This document shows positions 11,915-21,798 of a DNA stretch of 64,000 nt, piece by piece. Source of the DNA: Rhodoferax sp. Its GTDB lineage: Bacteria; Pseudomonadota; Gammaproteobacteria; Burkholderiales; Burkholderiaceae_C. Positions within the stretch are counted from its first letter, which is position 1. Every line of letters begins with the position of its first letter. Where the stretch lies: NCBI GenBank assembly GCA_025356155.1, contig JANXUQ010000096.1, positions 1,260 through 65,259 on the forward strand, given 5' to 3'. The notes under the pieces are model-generated. The model saw only the letters and a list, made by a program, of their open reading frames with translations, was not told the origin of the DNA and did no database searches. The position numbers and the translations under genes are program-made.

Positions 11915-12556
11915 TTACCCTTGAAAAGCCCTTAAAAACCCAAATTGGGTAAAAATATGGCTTTCCAGCTGCTCGGCGGATTCAAACTGCACGGCACGCC
12001 AGCCCTGGGCGCGGGCGGCCAGCACGTTGGGCAGCAAGTCATCGATGAACAGCGTGTGTGCGGGCTCCAGCGCGTAGCGGGATTGCAGCAACTGGTAAAT
12101 GGTGGGGTTGGGCTTGATGTGCAACACGTCACCCGAGAAGATGCCGCCGTCAAACCACTGCAGGAAGGCGTGGCGCCGCTCCAGCGCGCGGGCGTAGGGC
12201 TCAGGCATGTTGGACAAGTAATACAGGCGTAAATCGGGGTGCTGGCGGCGCAACGCGTGCAGTTGCTGCAGCAGGGCCACCGTCTGCGGAATCGGCTGCA
12301 GGCGTTCGCCGATGTGCGCGACCAGCTCGTGTAACACCTGGGCATCCAGCCCCAGGCGTTCGGACGTGCGGGTGATCAGCACATCCATGGCCAGCGTGCC
12401 CTGGTCAAAGCTGTTCCAGTCTGCGTGGGCAAACATCGTGTGCGCCAGCGCAGCGGCTGCTTCGGGTGTGCCTGCGCGCTGTGGAAAGGTTTGGGCCAGC
12501 AAATCGGCGGGCTTCCAGGTGAATAGCACGGCACCGAAATCAAATACAAAGTTCAT
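11915..12556 (-). CDS. HAD family phosphatase (YihX-like)
   Basis: FVFDFGAVL, LSN, KP and FIDD motifs; ATG at 12556. Confidence 0.85.
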   Translation of the reverse strand: MNFVFDFGAVLFTWKPADLLAQTFPQRAGTPEAAAALAHTMFAHADWNSFDQGTLAMDVLITRTSERLGLDAQVLHELVAHIGERLQPIPQTVALLQQLHALRRQHPDLRLYYLSNMPEPYARALERRHAFLQWFDGGIFSGDVLHIKPNPTIYQLLQSRYALEPAHTLFIDDLLPNVLAARAQGWRAVQFESAEQLESHIFTQFGFLRAFQG

Positions 12557-12677
12557 GCCGCAGCTCGCAACCCACAGCGTGCAGGGGCCTTGCGGCGGGC
12601 GATTTTTGGGCGTTTGACAGCATGAGCCCCACGCAAGGCCTCTGCATGCTGTGCGCGAACCACCACAGTACAAAAAA

Positions 12678-14246
12678 TCATGACCGCAAAAGAGCCAAAA
12701 GCCCAGCAGTAGACCCATCCAGCCCCGCAGCATCGCCACTCAACAACCGAGCCTCCACATCCTTGGCCAACACCTTGCCCAGCTCCACCCCCCACTGGTC
12801 AAAACTGTTGATGCCCCAAACAGAGCCGCTGACAAACACCCGGTGCTCCTGCAAGGCAATCAGGGAACCCAAAGTAGTCGGCGTCAACTCATCCAGCAGC
12901 AAGAAAGTGCTGGGCCGGTTGCCCGGAAAATTCTTGTGCCCTCCGGCGTCTTGCTTGCCAACCATCAGCGCCTGTGCCTGCGCCAGCCCATTGGCCAGCA
13001 ACAGCGTCTGATGCCCATCCAACGCATGCCGCGCCTTCTTGACCGCGACAAACTCCACCGGAACCACATCGGTCCCCTGGTGCAGCATTTGGAAGTAGGC
13101 GTGCTGGCCATTGGTGCCGGGCTCGCCCCACAGCGCGGATGATGTGGCGAACGGCAGGGCCTCGCCCGACGCATCCACCTGCTTGCCATTGCTCTCCATC
13201 TCCAACTGCTGCAAATACGCCGGATAACGTTTGAGCGCACTGTGGTACGGCGCGATGCTGCGGCTGGTGAAGCCATGGAAGTTGCGGTACCAGACGTCGA
13301 GCAGCCCCAGCCGCATCGGCAGATTGCTCGCCAATGGTGCCGTGCGGAAGTGCTCGTCCATGTCATGCGCACCCGCCAGAAACTCGCGAAATCCTTGGGG
13401 ACCAATCGCAATCGCCAGCGGCAGGCCGATGGCGGACCACAGCGAATAACGCCCACCGACCCAATCCCAAAAACCAAAGGTTGTGCTGATGCCAAAGGCC
13501 TTGGCCGCTTCCACATTGGTGGTCAGCGCCGCGAAGTGCCGCGCCGTGTCCGTGCCGCCCTGCGCAGCAAACCAGGCCTTGGCCGAGCGGGCGTTGGTCA
13601 TGGTCTCTATCGTCGTGAAGGTCTTGCTGGCAATCAAAAATAGCGTGCTCTCGGGCTTGAGTTTCTTCAGCACCGCGTCTAACTCATGGCCATCGACGTT
13701 GGACACAAAGTGGAATCGCTTGCCCGGAATGGAAAATGCATCCAGTGCCAACACCGCCATTTGCGGACCTAGATCGGAGCCACCAATGCCGATGTTGACC
13801 ACGTCGGTGATGGCGGTATCGTCCCGCACGGTCTGGGCATAGGCCAGCATCGCATCCAGCGTGGCGTGCACTTGGGTCAATTCAGTTGTTATGTTTTTAA
13901 TAGCGTCATTGTCAGCACCTGCAAGGGCTAGAGGCGGATTTCTCAAAAGCCAATGCATCACCGCACGGTTTTCGGTGCTGTTGATGGCCTCGCCGGCGAA
14001 CATGGCGTCGCGGTGTGCTTCCACACCGCATTCGCGCGCCAGGTTCTGCAACAGGGCTTCGGAGTCCGCGTCGAGCAAATTCTTGGACAGGTCGGCAAAC
14101 ACATGCGGCGCGGATTGGCTGAAGCGTGCAAACCGTTGGGGGTCGCTGGCAAAGGCTTGGCGCAGGTCCAGCGCGCTTGCGCCGTTGGCGAATGCGGCTT
14201 GGAGCGCGCCCCAGGTGGTGGTACGGTCACAACGGGTACGGGTCAT
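12678..14246 (-). CDS. pgi: Glucose-6-phosphate isomerase
   Basis: IGIGGSDLGP, SKTFTT, DWVGGRYSLWS, QQLEMESNGK, FDQWGVELGK. Confidence 0.97.
   Translation of the reverse strand: MTRTRCDRTTTWGALQAAFANGASALDLRQAFASDPQRFARFSQSAPHVFADLSKNLLDADSEALLQNLARECGVEAHRDAMFAGEAINSTENRAVMHWLLRNPPLALAGADNDAIKNITTELTQVHATLDAMLAYAQTVRDDTAITDVVNIGIGGSDLGPQMAVLALDAFSIPGKRFHFVSNVDGHELDAVLKKLKPESTLFLIASKTFTTIETMTNARSAKAWFAAQGGTDTARHFAALTTNVEAAKAFGISTTFGFWDWVGGRYSLWSAIGLPLAIAIGPQGFREFLAGAHDMDEHFRTAPLASNLPMRLGLLDVWYRNFHGFTSRSIAPYHSALKRYPAYLQQLEMESNGKQVDASGEALPFATSSALWGEPGTNGQHAYFQMLHQGTDVVPVEFVAVKKARHALDGHQTLLLANGLAQAQALMVGKQDAGGHKNFPGNRPSTFLLLDELTPTTLGSLIALQEHRVFVSGSVWGINSFDQWGVELGKVLAKDVEARLLSGDAAGLDGSTAGLLALLRS
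13888..13941 (+). repeat. 54-bp dispersed element, copy 4 (inside pgi)
   Basis: GTTAT-N7-ATAGC-N17-CAAGGGCTAG-AGGCGGATTT. Confidence 0.8.
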
Positions 14247-14326
14247 CGGGTCACCTGAATATGTTGAGACGGCGCGCAGACGCTACTCTGCAAGGTCTTT
14301 AAAGATTGTGCGGTGTTGTGCGCCGC

Positions 14327-15274
14327 TCAAGCGGCCAGCAGCAATTGGTCGAGCTTGACGGCGTCCACGCAAAACGCGCGTATGCCTTCGGCCAGCTTCT
14401 CGGTCGCCATTGCGTCTTCGTTCAACGCGAAGCGGAAGCCCGCCTCGTCAAAGTGCAAGTGTTGCAGGTCGAGCTGCTGGGCGTGGGTGGCGTCCAATGC
14501 GCGCTCCAGCGGTGTGTGGGTAGCGGCGAGCGTGGCTAGTAGATCGGGGCTGATGGTCAGCAGGTCGCAACCGGCAAGGGACGTGATCTGGCCCACGTTG
14601 CGAAAGCTCGCGCCCATGACTTCGGTGGCAATGCCGTACTTCTTGTAGTAGTTGTAGATCTGCGTGACCGACTGCACGCCGGGGTCGTTGGCATTGGCGC
14701 GGTCTGCCTCAACCCAGTTGGCACCAGCAGACTTTTTGTACCAGTCATAAATACGGCCGACAAAGGGCGAGATCAGCTGCACCTTGGCCTGGCCGCACGC
14801 CACGGCCTGACAGAACGAGAACAACAACGTCAGGTTGGTGTGGATACCTCTGCGTTCCAGTTGCTCGGCGGCCTGAATGCCTTCCCAAGTGGCGGCAACC
14901 TTGATCAGCACGCGGTCGATGGGGATGCCATGGGCCTGGTAGAGCTCGATGAGGCGTTCGCCGCGCGCAACAGTGGCGTTGGTGTCAAAACTCAGGCGAG
15001 CATCGACTTCGGTGGACACGCGGCCGGGGATGATGGACAAAATTTCACAACCAAAACGCACCAGCAGGCGGTCCATGATTTCGTCGAGCGGTCGGCTGCG
15101 GAACTGGGCTACCGCGTCCTTGAGCAAGGGAGCGTAATCCGGCTTTTGCACGGCCTTGAGGATTAGCGAGGGGTTGGTGGTGGCGTCTTGCGGCTGAAAG
15201 GCGCCCAGTTGCTTGAAGTCGCCGGTGTCGGCCACGACCGTGGTGAATTGTTTGAGTGCGTCGAGTTGATTCAT
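14327..15274 (-). CDS. tal: Transaldolase
   Basis: [30 protein letters not shown]. Confidence 0.97.
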   Translation of the reverse strand: MNQLDALKQFTTVVADTGDFKQLGAFQPQDATTNPSLILKAVQKPDYAPLLKDAVAQFRSRPLDEIMDRLLVRFGCEILSIIPGRVSTEVDARLSFDTNATVARGERLIELYQAHGIPIDRVLIKVAATWEGIQAAEQLERRGIHTNLTLLFSFCQAVACGQAKVQLISPFVGRIYDWYKKSAGANWVEADRANANDPGVQSVTQIYNYYKKYGIATEVMGASFRNVGQITSLAGCDLLTISPDLLATLAATHTPLERALDATHAQQLDLQHLHFDEAGFRFALNEDAMATEKLAEGIRAFCVDAVKLDQLLLAA

Positions 15275-15289
15275 ATATTGAATTATCCG

Positions 15290-15304
15290 TGAAACAAAGT
15301 TACA
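15290..15304. promoter_or_regulatory. Probable HexR operator between divergent tal and zwf
   Basis: TGAAACAAAGTTACA resembles the TGTAA-N5-TTACA HexR palindrome; hexR lies in the locus. Confidence 0.6.
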
Positions 15305-15340
15305 TTACCGTGTCTTCTTTCATGTAACTCCAAAATTTCT

Positions 15341-16807
15341 ATGAGCTTTGATCTTGTCTTGTTCGGTGGCACGGGTGATCTGGCCTGGCGCAAACTCATG
15401 CCGGCGCTGTTTCAGGCATTTCGCCATGGCTCTCTGCCGGAGGGCGGACGCATCATAGGTGTTGGCCGTGATGACCTCAGTGCGGAGCAGTACAGAAGCC
15501 TGATCCAGTCGCGTTTTGACAAAGTAGATCTGGCTAAACGCCCTAGCGCCGAAGAGTTTGCCCGGTTTGCGGCACTGCTGGAATTCGTCCGCATGGACCT
15601 CTCCAAGCCCGACGATTACGCACATCTGGCCAGCTCCCTGCAGGCCCGCAATGCGAATACGGTCGTGATGTACCTGGCCACGGCGCCCAACCTCTTCACC
15701 ACCATCTGCGAACAGCTCGCCGCGGCCAAGCTGAACACGCCGTACACCCGCATCGTGCTGGAGAAACCGCTGGGCCATGACTTGGCATCCAACCGCACCA
15801 TCAACCACACGGTGCGCCAGTTCTTTGAGGAAAAACAGGTTTTTCGCATCGACCACTACTTGGGCAAGCCCGCGGTGCAAAACCTGTTTGCGCTGCGCTT
15901 TGGCAATGCCTTGTTTGAGCCGCTGTGGCGGCGCGAGCATATTGCCAATATCCAGATCACCATTTCTGAAGACTTGGGTGTGGAAAAGCGCGGAGCCTTT
16001 TACGAGACCACTGGCGCACTGCGTGACATGGTGCAAAACCATGCGCTGCAATTGCTGTGTGCCATAGGCATGGAGCCGCCCATCAATTCGCATGCGGATG
16101 CCATTCGCGATGAGAAGCTCAAGGTCTTGCGGTCGCTGAAGCCATGGACCCAGGAGTCGTTGACACAAGACGTGGTGCGCGGGCAATACGCCAGCGGCAG
16201 CATTGATGGAGGGAAGGTGCCGGGTTACCGTGAGGAATTGGGCGTTAACCCGCAGAGCAATACAGAGACTTTCGTTGCGCTGCGCACCGAGATTGCCAAC
16301 TGGCGCTGGGCCGGTGTGCCGTTCTACATCCGCACCGGCAAGCGCCTGGCCGGACGCGACGCGCATATCGTCGTCAACTTCCGGCCCACGCCGCACGCAA
16401 TTTTCAATTCCCAAATTGGGGTGGCCAATAGTCTGGTCATCAACCTGCAGCCCAAGGACGGGTTGGAATTGCATCTGCTGGCACAGGGACAGAACAACCG
16501 CCAAGCCAAAGCGGGCACGGCCCCTGCGCTGGTGCCGGTGCAGTTGGATCTGGACTTTGACAAACGCTTTGGCTCTGAACGCGTAGGTGCGTATGAGCGC
16601 CTGCTGCTGGATGTGATTGACGGCCGCTTGAACTTGTTTGTGCGCAGCGACGAACAAGAGGAAGCCTGGCGCTGGGTCGAACCCATCATGAACCACTGGA
16701 ACAGTGACGCCCAAGGCCCTCGCATGTACGCGGCCGGTAGTTGGGGGCCCAGTGCATCGAGTGCGATGATTGCCCGTGACGGTTATTGCTGGTCAGAAGA
16801 AAGCTAA
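15341..16807 (+). CDS. zwf: Glucose-6-phosphate 1-dehydrogenase
   Basis: FGGTGDLA, EKPLG, RIDHYLGK, RDMVQNH, RTGK. Confidence 0.97.
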   Translation: MSFDLVLFGGTGDLAWRKLMPALFQAFRHGSLPEGGRIIGVGRDDLSAEQYRSLIQSRFDKVDLAKRPSAEEFARFAALLEFVRMDLSKPDDYAHLASSLQARNANTVVMYLATAPNLFTTICEQLAAAKLNTPYTRIVLEKPLGHDLASNRTINHTVRQFFEEKQVFRIDHYLGKPAVQNLFALRFGNALFEPLWRREHIANIQITISEDLGVEKRGAFYETTGALRDMVQNHALQLLCAIGMEPPINSHADAIRDEKLKVLRSLKPWTQESLTQDVVRGQYASGSIDGGKVPGYREELGVNPQSNTETFVALRTEIANWRWAGVPFYIRTGKRLAGRDAHIVVNFRPTPHAIFNSQIGVANSLVINLQPKDGLELHLLAQGQNNRQAKAGTAPALVPVQLDLDFDKRFGSERVGAYERLLLDVIDGRLNLFVRSDEQEEAWRWVEPIMNHWNSDAQGPRMYAAGSWGPSASSAMIARDGYCWSEES

Positions 16808-16809
16808 CC

Positions 16810-17658
16810 ATGTTAGACCGCATCCAGGCCGCGCTGCCATCTCTGGCACCTGCGGAGCAACGCGTGGGCAAACTATGCCTGGCAGATCCGCGCGCCTTTG
16901 CCAAACTGCCCGTCAGCGTGTTGGCGGACCGTTCACATGTGAGCAAGCCCACGGTGGTGCGTTTTTGCCGCAGTGTGGGCTACGACGGACTGGCCGACTT
17001 CAAGCGTAAATTGGCCGGCACGGTGAACGAAGGCGTGCCTTTTATCCACCGCAGTGTGGACACCGATGACAAGACGTCGGACGTCATGGTCAAGGTCATC
17101 GACAACACGGTGGCCGCCTTTTTGAAGTACCGCAATGAGGCGAGCACGATAGCGCTGGAGAAAGCCGTGACCGCGCTGATGGCCGCGTACGAGGGCAGGC
17201 ACCGCATACAGTTTTTTGGCGTGGGCAACTCCGGCGTCGTGGCGCAGGACGCGCAACACAAATTCTTCCGGCTCGGCGTCCACACGGTGTCTTTCAGCGA
17301 CGGCCACATGCAGGTCATGAGCGCGTCCACGCTGGGCCCCGGCGACTGTGTAGTGGTCATCAGTAACTCGGGACGCACCCGTGACCTGATGGACGCATGC
17401 GATATCGCCCGCAAGAATGGCGCAACCACCATCGTCATCACGGCCAGCGGTTCGCCATTGGCCAGTGCTGGACACATACACCTTAGCGCCGACCACCCGG
17501 AGAGTTTCGACAAATACAGCCCCATGGTGTCACGCTTGCTGCACCTGATGATCATCGATATTTTGGCAACCTGCGTGGCGTTGCGAATCGGCGGCGACAC
17601 GTTGCAGCCCCTGCTGCGCGAGATGAAGAGTAACTTGCGCAGCAAGCGCTACACCTGA
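16810..17658 (+). CDS. hexR: RpiR-family regulator HexR
   Basis: HTH VSKPTVVRFCRSVG plus SIS domain; directly after zwf. Confidence 0.85.
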   Translation: MLDRIQAALPSLAPAEQRVGKLCLADPRAFAKLPVSVLADRSHVSKPTVVRFCRSVGYDGLADFKRKLAGTVNEGVPFIHRSVDTDDKTSDVMVKVIDNTVAAFLKYRNEASTIALEKAVTALMAAYEGRHRIQFFGVGNSGVVAQDAQHKFFRLGVHTVSFSDGHMQVMSASTLGPGDCVVVISNSGRTRDLMDACDIARKNGATTIVITASGSPLASAGHIHLSADHPESFDKYSPMVSRLLHLMIIDILATCVALRIGGDTLQPLLREMKSNLRSKRYT

Positions 17659-17676
17659 TAAACAATCGACCCAAAA

Positions 17677-17714
17677 CAAAAACCCCCACTACGTTGCCGT
17701 AGTGGGGGTTTTTG
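17677..17714. terminator. Bidirectional intrinsic terminator
   Basis: CAAAAACCCCCACTACG-TTGC-CGTAGTGGGGGTTTTTG between convergent hexR and porin. Confidence 0.9.
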
Positions 17715-17751
17715 ACTTTTAAACCGTCAGCTGGCATAAGCCAGCATCTGA

Positions 17752-18720
17752 TTAGAAGTTCATGCGGATGCCGATACCTGTGTAGTCAACGTCAGCAGCA
17801 GATTTCAGAGCGGCAGCGCCGCTAGCAATCTTGCCAGACTTGCCGTCACGACGGTAGTTTGCGTACATCGTTGTACGCTTGCTCAGGCTGTAACCAGCGT
17901 ACAGCAGGTAGTCGGTGTCGTCAGAGCCGGTGTCTTGAGCGACGTCAACTGTGAACTTCCAAGCGCCGACAGGAACGGATGCACCCAATGTCCAACCTTG
18001 TTGTGCACCGGCTGGATCTTGGTAGCTTCCCGCCAAAATGAACGAACCGAAATTGTAGCTAGCGCCCAAGGCGTAGTTGCCATCGGTAGAAGCACCGGCT
18101 GCAACTTTGTCATTCTTCCAGTAGGACAGGCCAACAGACAATGGGCCAGCTGCGTAGATAGCGTTCATGTCGAACTTGCTACCCAGACCACCGTTTTCGA
18201 TACCGTCGAGTTCAGTGACGTAACCCAGAGATGCGGAAAAACCACCCATATTAGGAGTGGTGTAGCTCAGTTCGCGGCTGTTACGCGAACCAGCGCCGGC
18301 AAAACCGAACTGGTTAGCTACAACGGAGAAGTTGGCAGCGCCAGTCAATTCCCAAGCAACAACGCCGAAGAAAGCGGGAGTCAGGGTACGGCCAGCCTTG
18401 ATACGGCCGAAACCGCCGTCCAGAGCCAGGTAAGCGTAACGCGCGTCGGCAGTAGTAGTACCACCGGTCGAGTAGTCGATATTTTGTTCGAATTGAGCAG
18501 TAGCCTTCATGCCGCCGCCGAGGTCTTCAACAACCTTGATGCCCCAACGGCTGTTGCCGTCGTTGGTGGTGTCATTGGTCATCAAGTTTGCGTCACTCTT
18601 TTGGCCAGCCTTGTTGTTGACGGAGCCGATAGACAGGTCAGCAACACCGTACAAAGTTACTTGCGCCATCGAGGCGCTGGAAGCGGCCAAAACGGCCAAA
18701 GCGATGAGGGTTTTTTTCAT
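17752..18720 (-). CDS. Gram-negative porin (Omp32/Neisseria type)
   Basis: MKKTLIALAVLAA signal, VTLYG, EDLGGG, YSLSKRT, C-terminal Phe. Confidence 0.93.
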   Translation of the reverse strand: MKKTLIALAVLAASSASMAQVTLYGVADLSIGSVNNKAGQKSDANLMTNDTTNDGNSRWGIKVVEDLGGGMKATAQFEQNIDYSTGGTTTADARYAYLALDGGFGRIKAGRTLTPAFFGVVAWELTGAANFSVVANQFGFAGAGSRNSRELSYTTPNMGGFSASLGYVTELDGIENGGLGSKFDMNAIYAAGPLSVGLSYWKNDKVAAGASTDGNYALGASYNFGSFILAGSYQDPAGAQQGWTLGASVPVGAWKFTVDVAQDTGSDDTDYLLYAGYSLSKRTTMYANYRRDGKSGKIASGAAALKSAADVDYTGIGIRMNF

Positions 18721-18972
18721 TTCGGGTTTCTCAAAAAGGTTAAACAGCGGGCTCAGGTCCTACGGGATCAGTACCCCGGGCCAACCTCCTAGTTCAGGAA
18801 GTTGGGCCTATTGCACCAGACCCACACCCGTTTGGCAAAGCATTGACCTTAAAAAGGCCTGAAAAACCCGAAATCCCGGGGCTTCCGTTGCAGGGTTGCA
18901 ACAATTTGTTTCCCGCTTCCAACACTGCAATCGCGCTAGACTGAGACACTGATCTTTTTAGGGAGTTTCACC

Positions 18973-19590
18973 ATGGATTCGCTGCTAAGTGCCGCCGATT
19001 CCGCCCTGCGCACCCTGTTCGCCAAACCGCACGCGGCGCAGGCCTGCCCCACGTTGGCGGACCAGACAACGCAGCTTGACGCCTCGGAAAGCCGCTCTTC
19101 CGCAGCCCTCATGCGGGTTAACCATGTGGGCGAGGTGTGCGCCCAAGCGTTATATACGGCCCAAGCGCTCTCCACCCGCAACCCGATCCTGCGCGCACAG
19201 TTCGCCCAGGCCAGTCTGGAGGAGACCGACCATTTGGCCTGGACCGCTCAGCGCCTGGCCGAGTTGAACGCCCGCCCTTCCTTGCTCAACCCTCTGTGGT
19301 ACGCCGGAGCCTTTGGTCTCGGGCTACTGGCGGGCCGCTTGGGTGACAAAGTCAGCTTGGGTTTTGTTGTTGAAACCGAACTTCAAGTTGGCGCACACTT
19401 ACAAGGCCATCTACACCAGCTGCCGAAAAGTGACCACGCGTCCAGAGCCATCGTGGCGCAAATGCGTGATGATGAATTGGGCCACGCCCAAGCAGCCAAA
19501 GACGCTGGCGCGATGGAATTGCCGCAACCCGTCAAAGACCTGATGCGCGCTGCCGCAAAAGTCATGACAACCGTCGCGCACCACATTTAA
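18973..19590 (+). CDS. coq7: Demethoxyubiquinone hydroxylase Coq7
   Basis: [36 protein letters not shown] di-iron motifs. Confidence 0.93.
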   Translation: MDSLLSAADSALRTLFAKPHAAQACPTLADQTTQLDASESRSSAALMRVNHVGEVCAQALYTAQALSTRNPILRAQFAQASLEETDHLAWTAQRLAELNARPSLLNPLWYAGAFGLGLLAGRLGDKVSLGFVVETELQVGAHLQGHLHQLPKSDHASRAIVAQMRDDELGHAQAAKDAGAMELPQPVKDLMRAAAKVMTTVAHHI

Positions 19591-19594
19591 ATCT

Positions 19595-20047
19595 CTAAAC
19601 ACCCTCCAAAAGCTCGAAACTGGTTGTAATTTCGGCCATCTTCGCCAGCATGATGCTGGCGGAGCAGTATTTTTCGTGGCTCAAGGCAATAGCGCGCTCG
19701 ACTGCGACGGCGGACAGCCCTTTGCCAGTGACCGTGAAATGCATGTGGATCTTGGTAAAAACCTTAGGCTCGGTCTGCGCTCGCTCGGCAGTGAGTTTGA
19801 CACTGCAGCCTTGGACGTTGTGGCGGCCGCGCTTGAGTATCAGCACCACGTCGTAGGCGGTGCAGCCGCCCGTTCCTGCCAGAACCGTCTCCATAGGCCG
19901 CGGAGCCAGGTTTTGGCCGCCGTTCTCGGGCTTGTCGGCGTCGGGCGCGCCATCCATGACCAACGTATGACCGCTACCCGTTTCCGCCACAAAACCCATC
20001 GCTGAGCGTGTATTCAACCCTCCGGTCCAGCTGACTGTGCATTCCAT
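19595..20047 (-). CDS. OsmC family protein (YhfA-like)
   Basis: RPME, GGCTAYDV, LSHEKYCS. Confidence 0.9.
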   Translation of the reverse strand: MECTVSWTGGLNTRSAMGFVAETGSGHTLVMDGAPDADKPENGGQNLAPRPMETVLAGTGGCTAYDVVLILKRGRHNVQGCSVKLTAERAQTEPKVFTKIHMHFTVTGKGLSAVAVERAIALSHEKYCSASIMLAKMAEITTSFELLEGV

Positions 20048-20128
20048 GTCCTCACTCCTTGGCATGTGCCACAGACCACGTCCACGGCGAGCTGGCGATT
20101 ATCATGCGTCAACACTTGCCTCCCCGCC

Positions 20129-21733
20129 ATGACGACCAAAGCCCCCAAACACCTGACACCCGACGACTACCTGCGAAAGATTCTTACGGCCCGCGTCTAC
20201 GATGTGGCGATTGAGTCCGCACTGGAGCCTGCCAAACAGTTGGGCAAGCGCCTGCACAACACGGTGCTGCTCAAGCGCGAAGACCAGCAACCGGTACACA
20301 GTTTCAAGCTGCGCGGCGCATACAACAAGATGGCCCAGCTCAGCGCCGAACAACTGGCAAAAGGCGTGATTTGCGCGTCGGCAGGCAACCATGCTCAGGG
20401 CGTGGCGTTGAGCGCACACAAGCTGGGGGCCAGAGCCGTCATCGTCATGCCGACCACCACGCCCCAGGTCAAGGTAGACGCGGTGCGGGGCTTTGGTGGT
20501 GAAGTAGTGTTGCACGGCGATAGTTATTCCGATGCCTATGCCCACTCGCTCACCTTGCAGCAGAAGCAGGGGTTAACCTTTGTCCACCCCTTTGACGACC
20601 CCGATGTGATTGCCGGGCAAGGCACCATCGCCATGGAAATACTGCGCCAAGTGCAAACGCTGCATAAACGCAGCACGGCAAACGTACAAAACACCGCCAC
20701 CCGTCCCGCATTGGACGCAGTCTTTGTGGCCATTGGCGGCGGTGGCTTGGTATCGGGTGTGGCCAATTACATCAAGGCGGTAGACCCGCGCATCAAAGTG
20801 ATCGGGGTGCAGACCAACGACTCGGATGCCATGTTGCAATCGGTCACCGCCAAGAAGCGCGTTGCATTGAACGATGTGGGCTTGTTTGCGGACGGCACCG
20901 CCGTGAAACTGGTGGGCGAAGAGACCTTTCGCATCGCACGCGGTCTGGTGGACGAGTTCATCGTAGTGGACACCGATGCGGTCTGCGCGGCTATCAAGGA
21001 CGTTTTCATCGACACCCGCAGCATCGTTGAACCGTCAGGCGCGATGGCCGTTGCGGCTGTCAAACAATATGTAGCAAAACACAAGACCAAGGGCGAAACC
21101 TACGCCGCGATTCTATGTGGCGCCAATATGAACTTCGACCGCCTGCGTTTTGTCGCGGAGCGTGCCGAAGTTGGCGAAGAGCGTGAGGCACTGTTTGCCG
21201 TAACCATCCCCGAAAAACAGGGCAGTTTCAAACGCTTCTGCGGGCTGATTGGTGAGTTGCCGGGTGGGCCACGCAACGTGACCGAGTTCAACTACCGCAT
21301 CAGCGACTCGGCCAAGGCGCATGTGTTTGTGGGCCTTACAACACAAGGAAAAGGCGAATCACAAAAGATCGCAGCCAACTTCAGCAAACACCAGTTCGCC
21401 ACCCTGGACCTGACCCACGACGAACTGGCAAAAGAGCACATTCGCCACATGGTGGGCGGCCATTCGGCGCTGGCGCAGAACGAGCGTCTGTTGCGCTTTG
21501 TATTCCCCGAGCGACCCGGTGCGCTGATGAAATTTTTGAGCCTGATGCGCCCCGGCTGGAACATCAGCCTGTTCCATTACCGCAACCAGGGAGCGGATTA
21601 CGGCAGGATCTTGGTGGGGTTGCAAGTCCCCAAGGCAGATGACAAAGCGTTTGCGAACTTTTTGCAGACATTGGACTATCCCTATGTAGAAGAGACTGAC
21701 AACCCGGTATACCGTATGTTCTTGCAAAGGTAA
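20129..21733 (+). CDS. ilvA: Threonine ammonia-lyase, biosynthetic
   Basis: SFKLRGAYNK, SAGNHAQG, GANMNFDRL and two ACT-like domains. Confidence 0.96.
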   Translation: MTTKAPKHLTPDDYLRKILTARVYDVAIESALEPAKQLGKRLHNTVLLKREDQQPVHSFKLRGAYNKMAQLSAEQLAKGVICASAGNHAQGVALSAHKLGARAVIVMPTTTPQVKVDAVRGFGGEVVLHGDSYSDAYAHSLTLQQKQGLTFVHPFDDPDVIAGQGTIAMEILRQVQTLHKRSTANVQNTATRPALDAVFVAIGGGGLVSGVANYIKAVDPRIKVIGVQTNDSDAMLQSVTAKKRVALNDVGLFADGTAVKLVGEETFRIARGLVDEFIVVDTDAVCAAIKDVFIDTRSIVEPSGAMAVAAVKQYVAKHKTKGETYAAILCGANMNFDRLRFVAERAEVGEEREALFAVTIPEKQGSFKRFCGLIGELPGGPRNVTEFNYRISDSAKAHVFVGLTTQGKGESQKIAANFSKHQFATLDLTHDELAKEHIRHMVGGHSALAQNERLLRFVFPERPGALMKFLSLMRPGWNISLFHYRNQGADYGRILVGLQVPKADDKAFANFLQTLDYPYVEETDNPVYRMFLQR

Positions 21734-21798
21734 TATTCTTGTGAGACATACCGCAGCGATCGGCGCAAATTCTGTCCCCAACTGATTAAGGGCATCCC

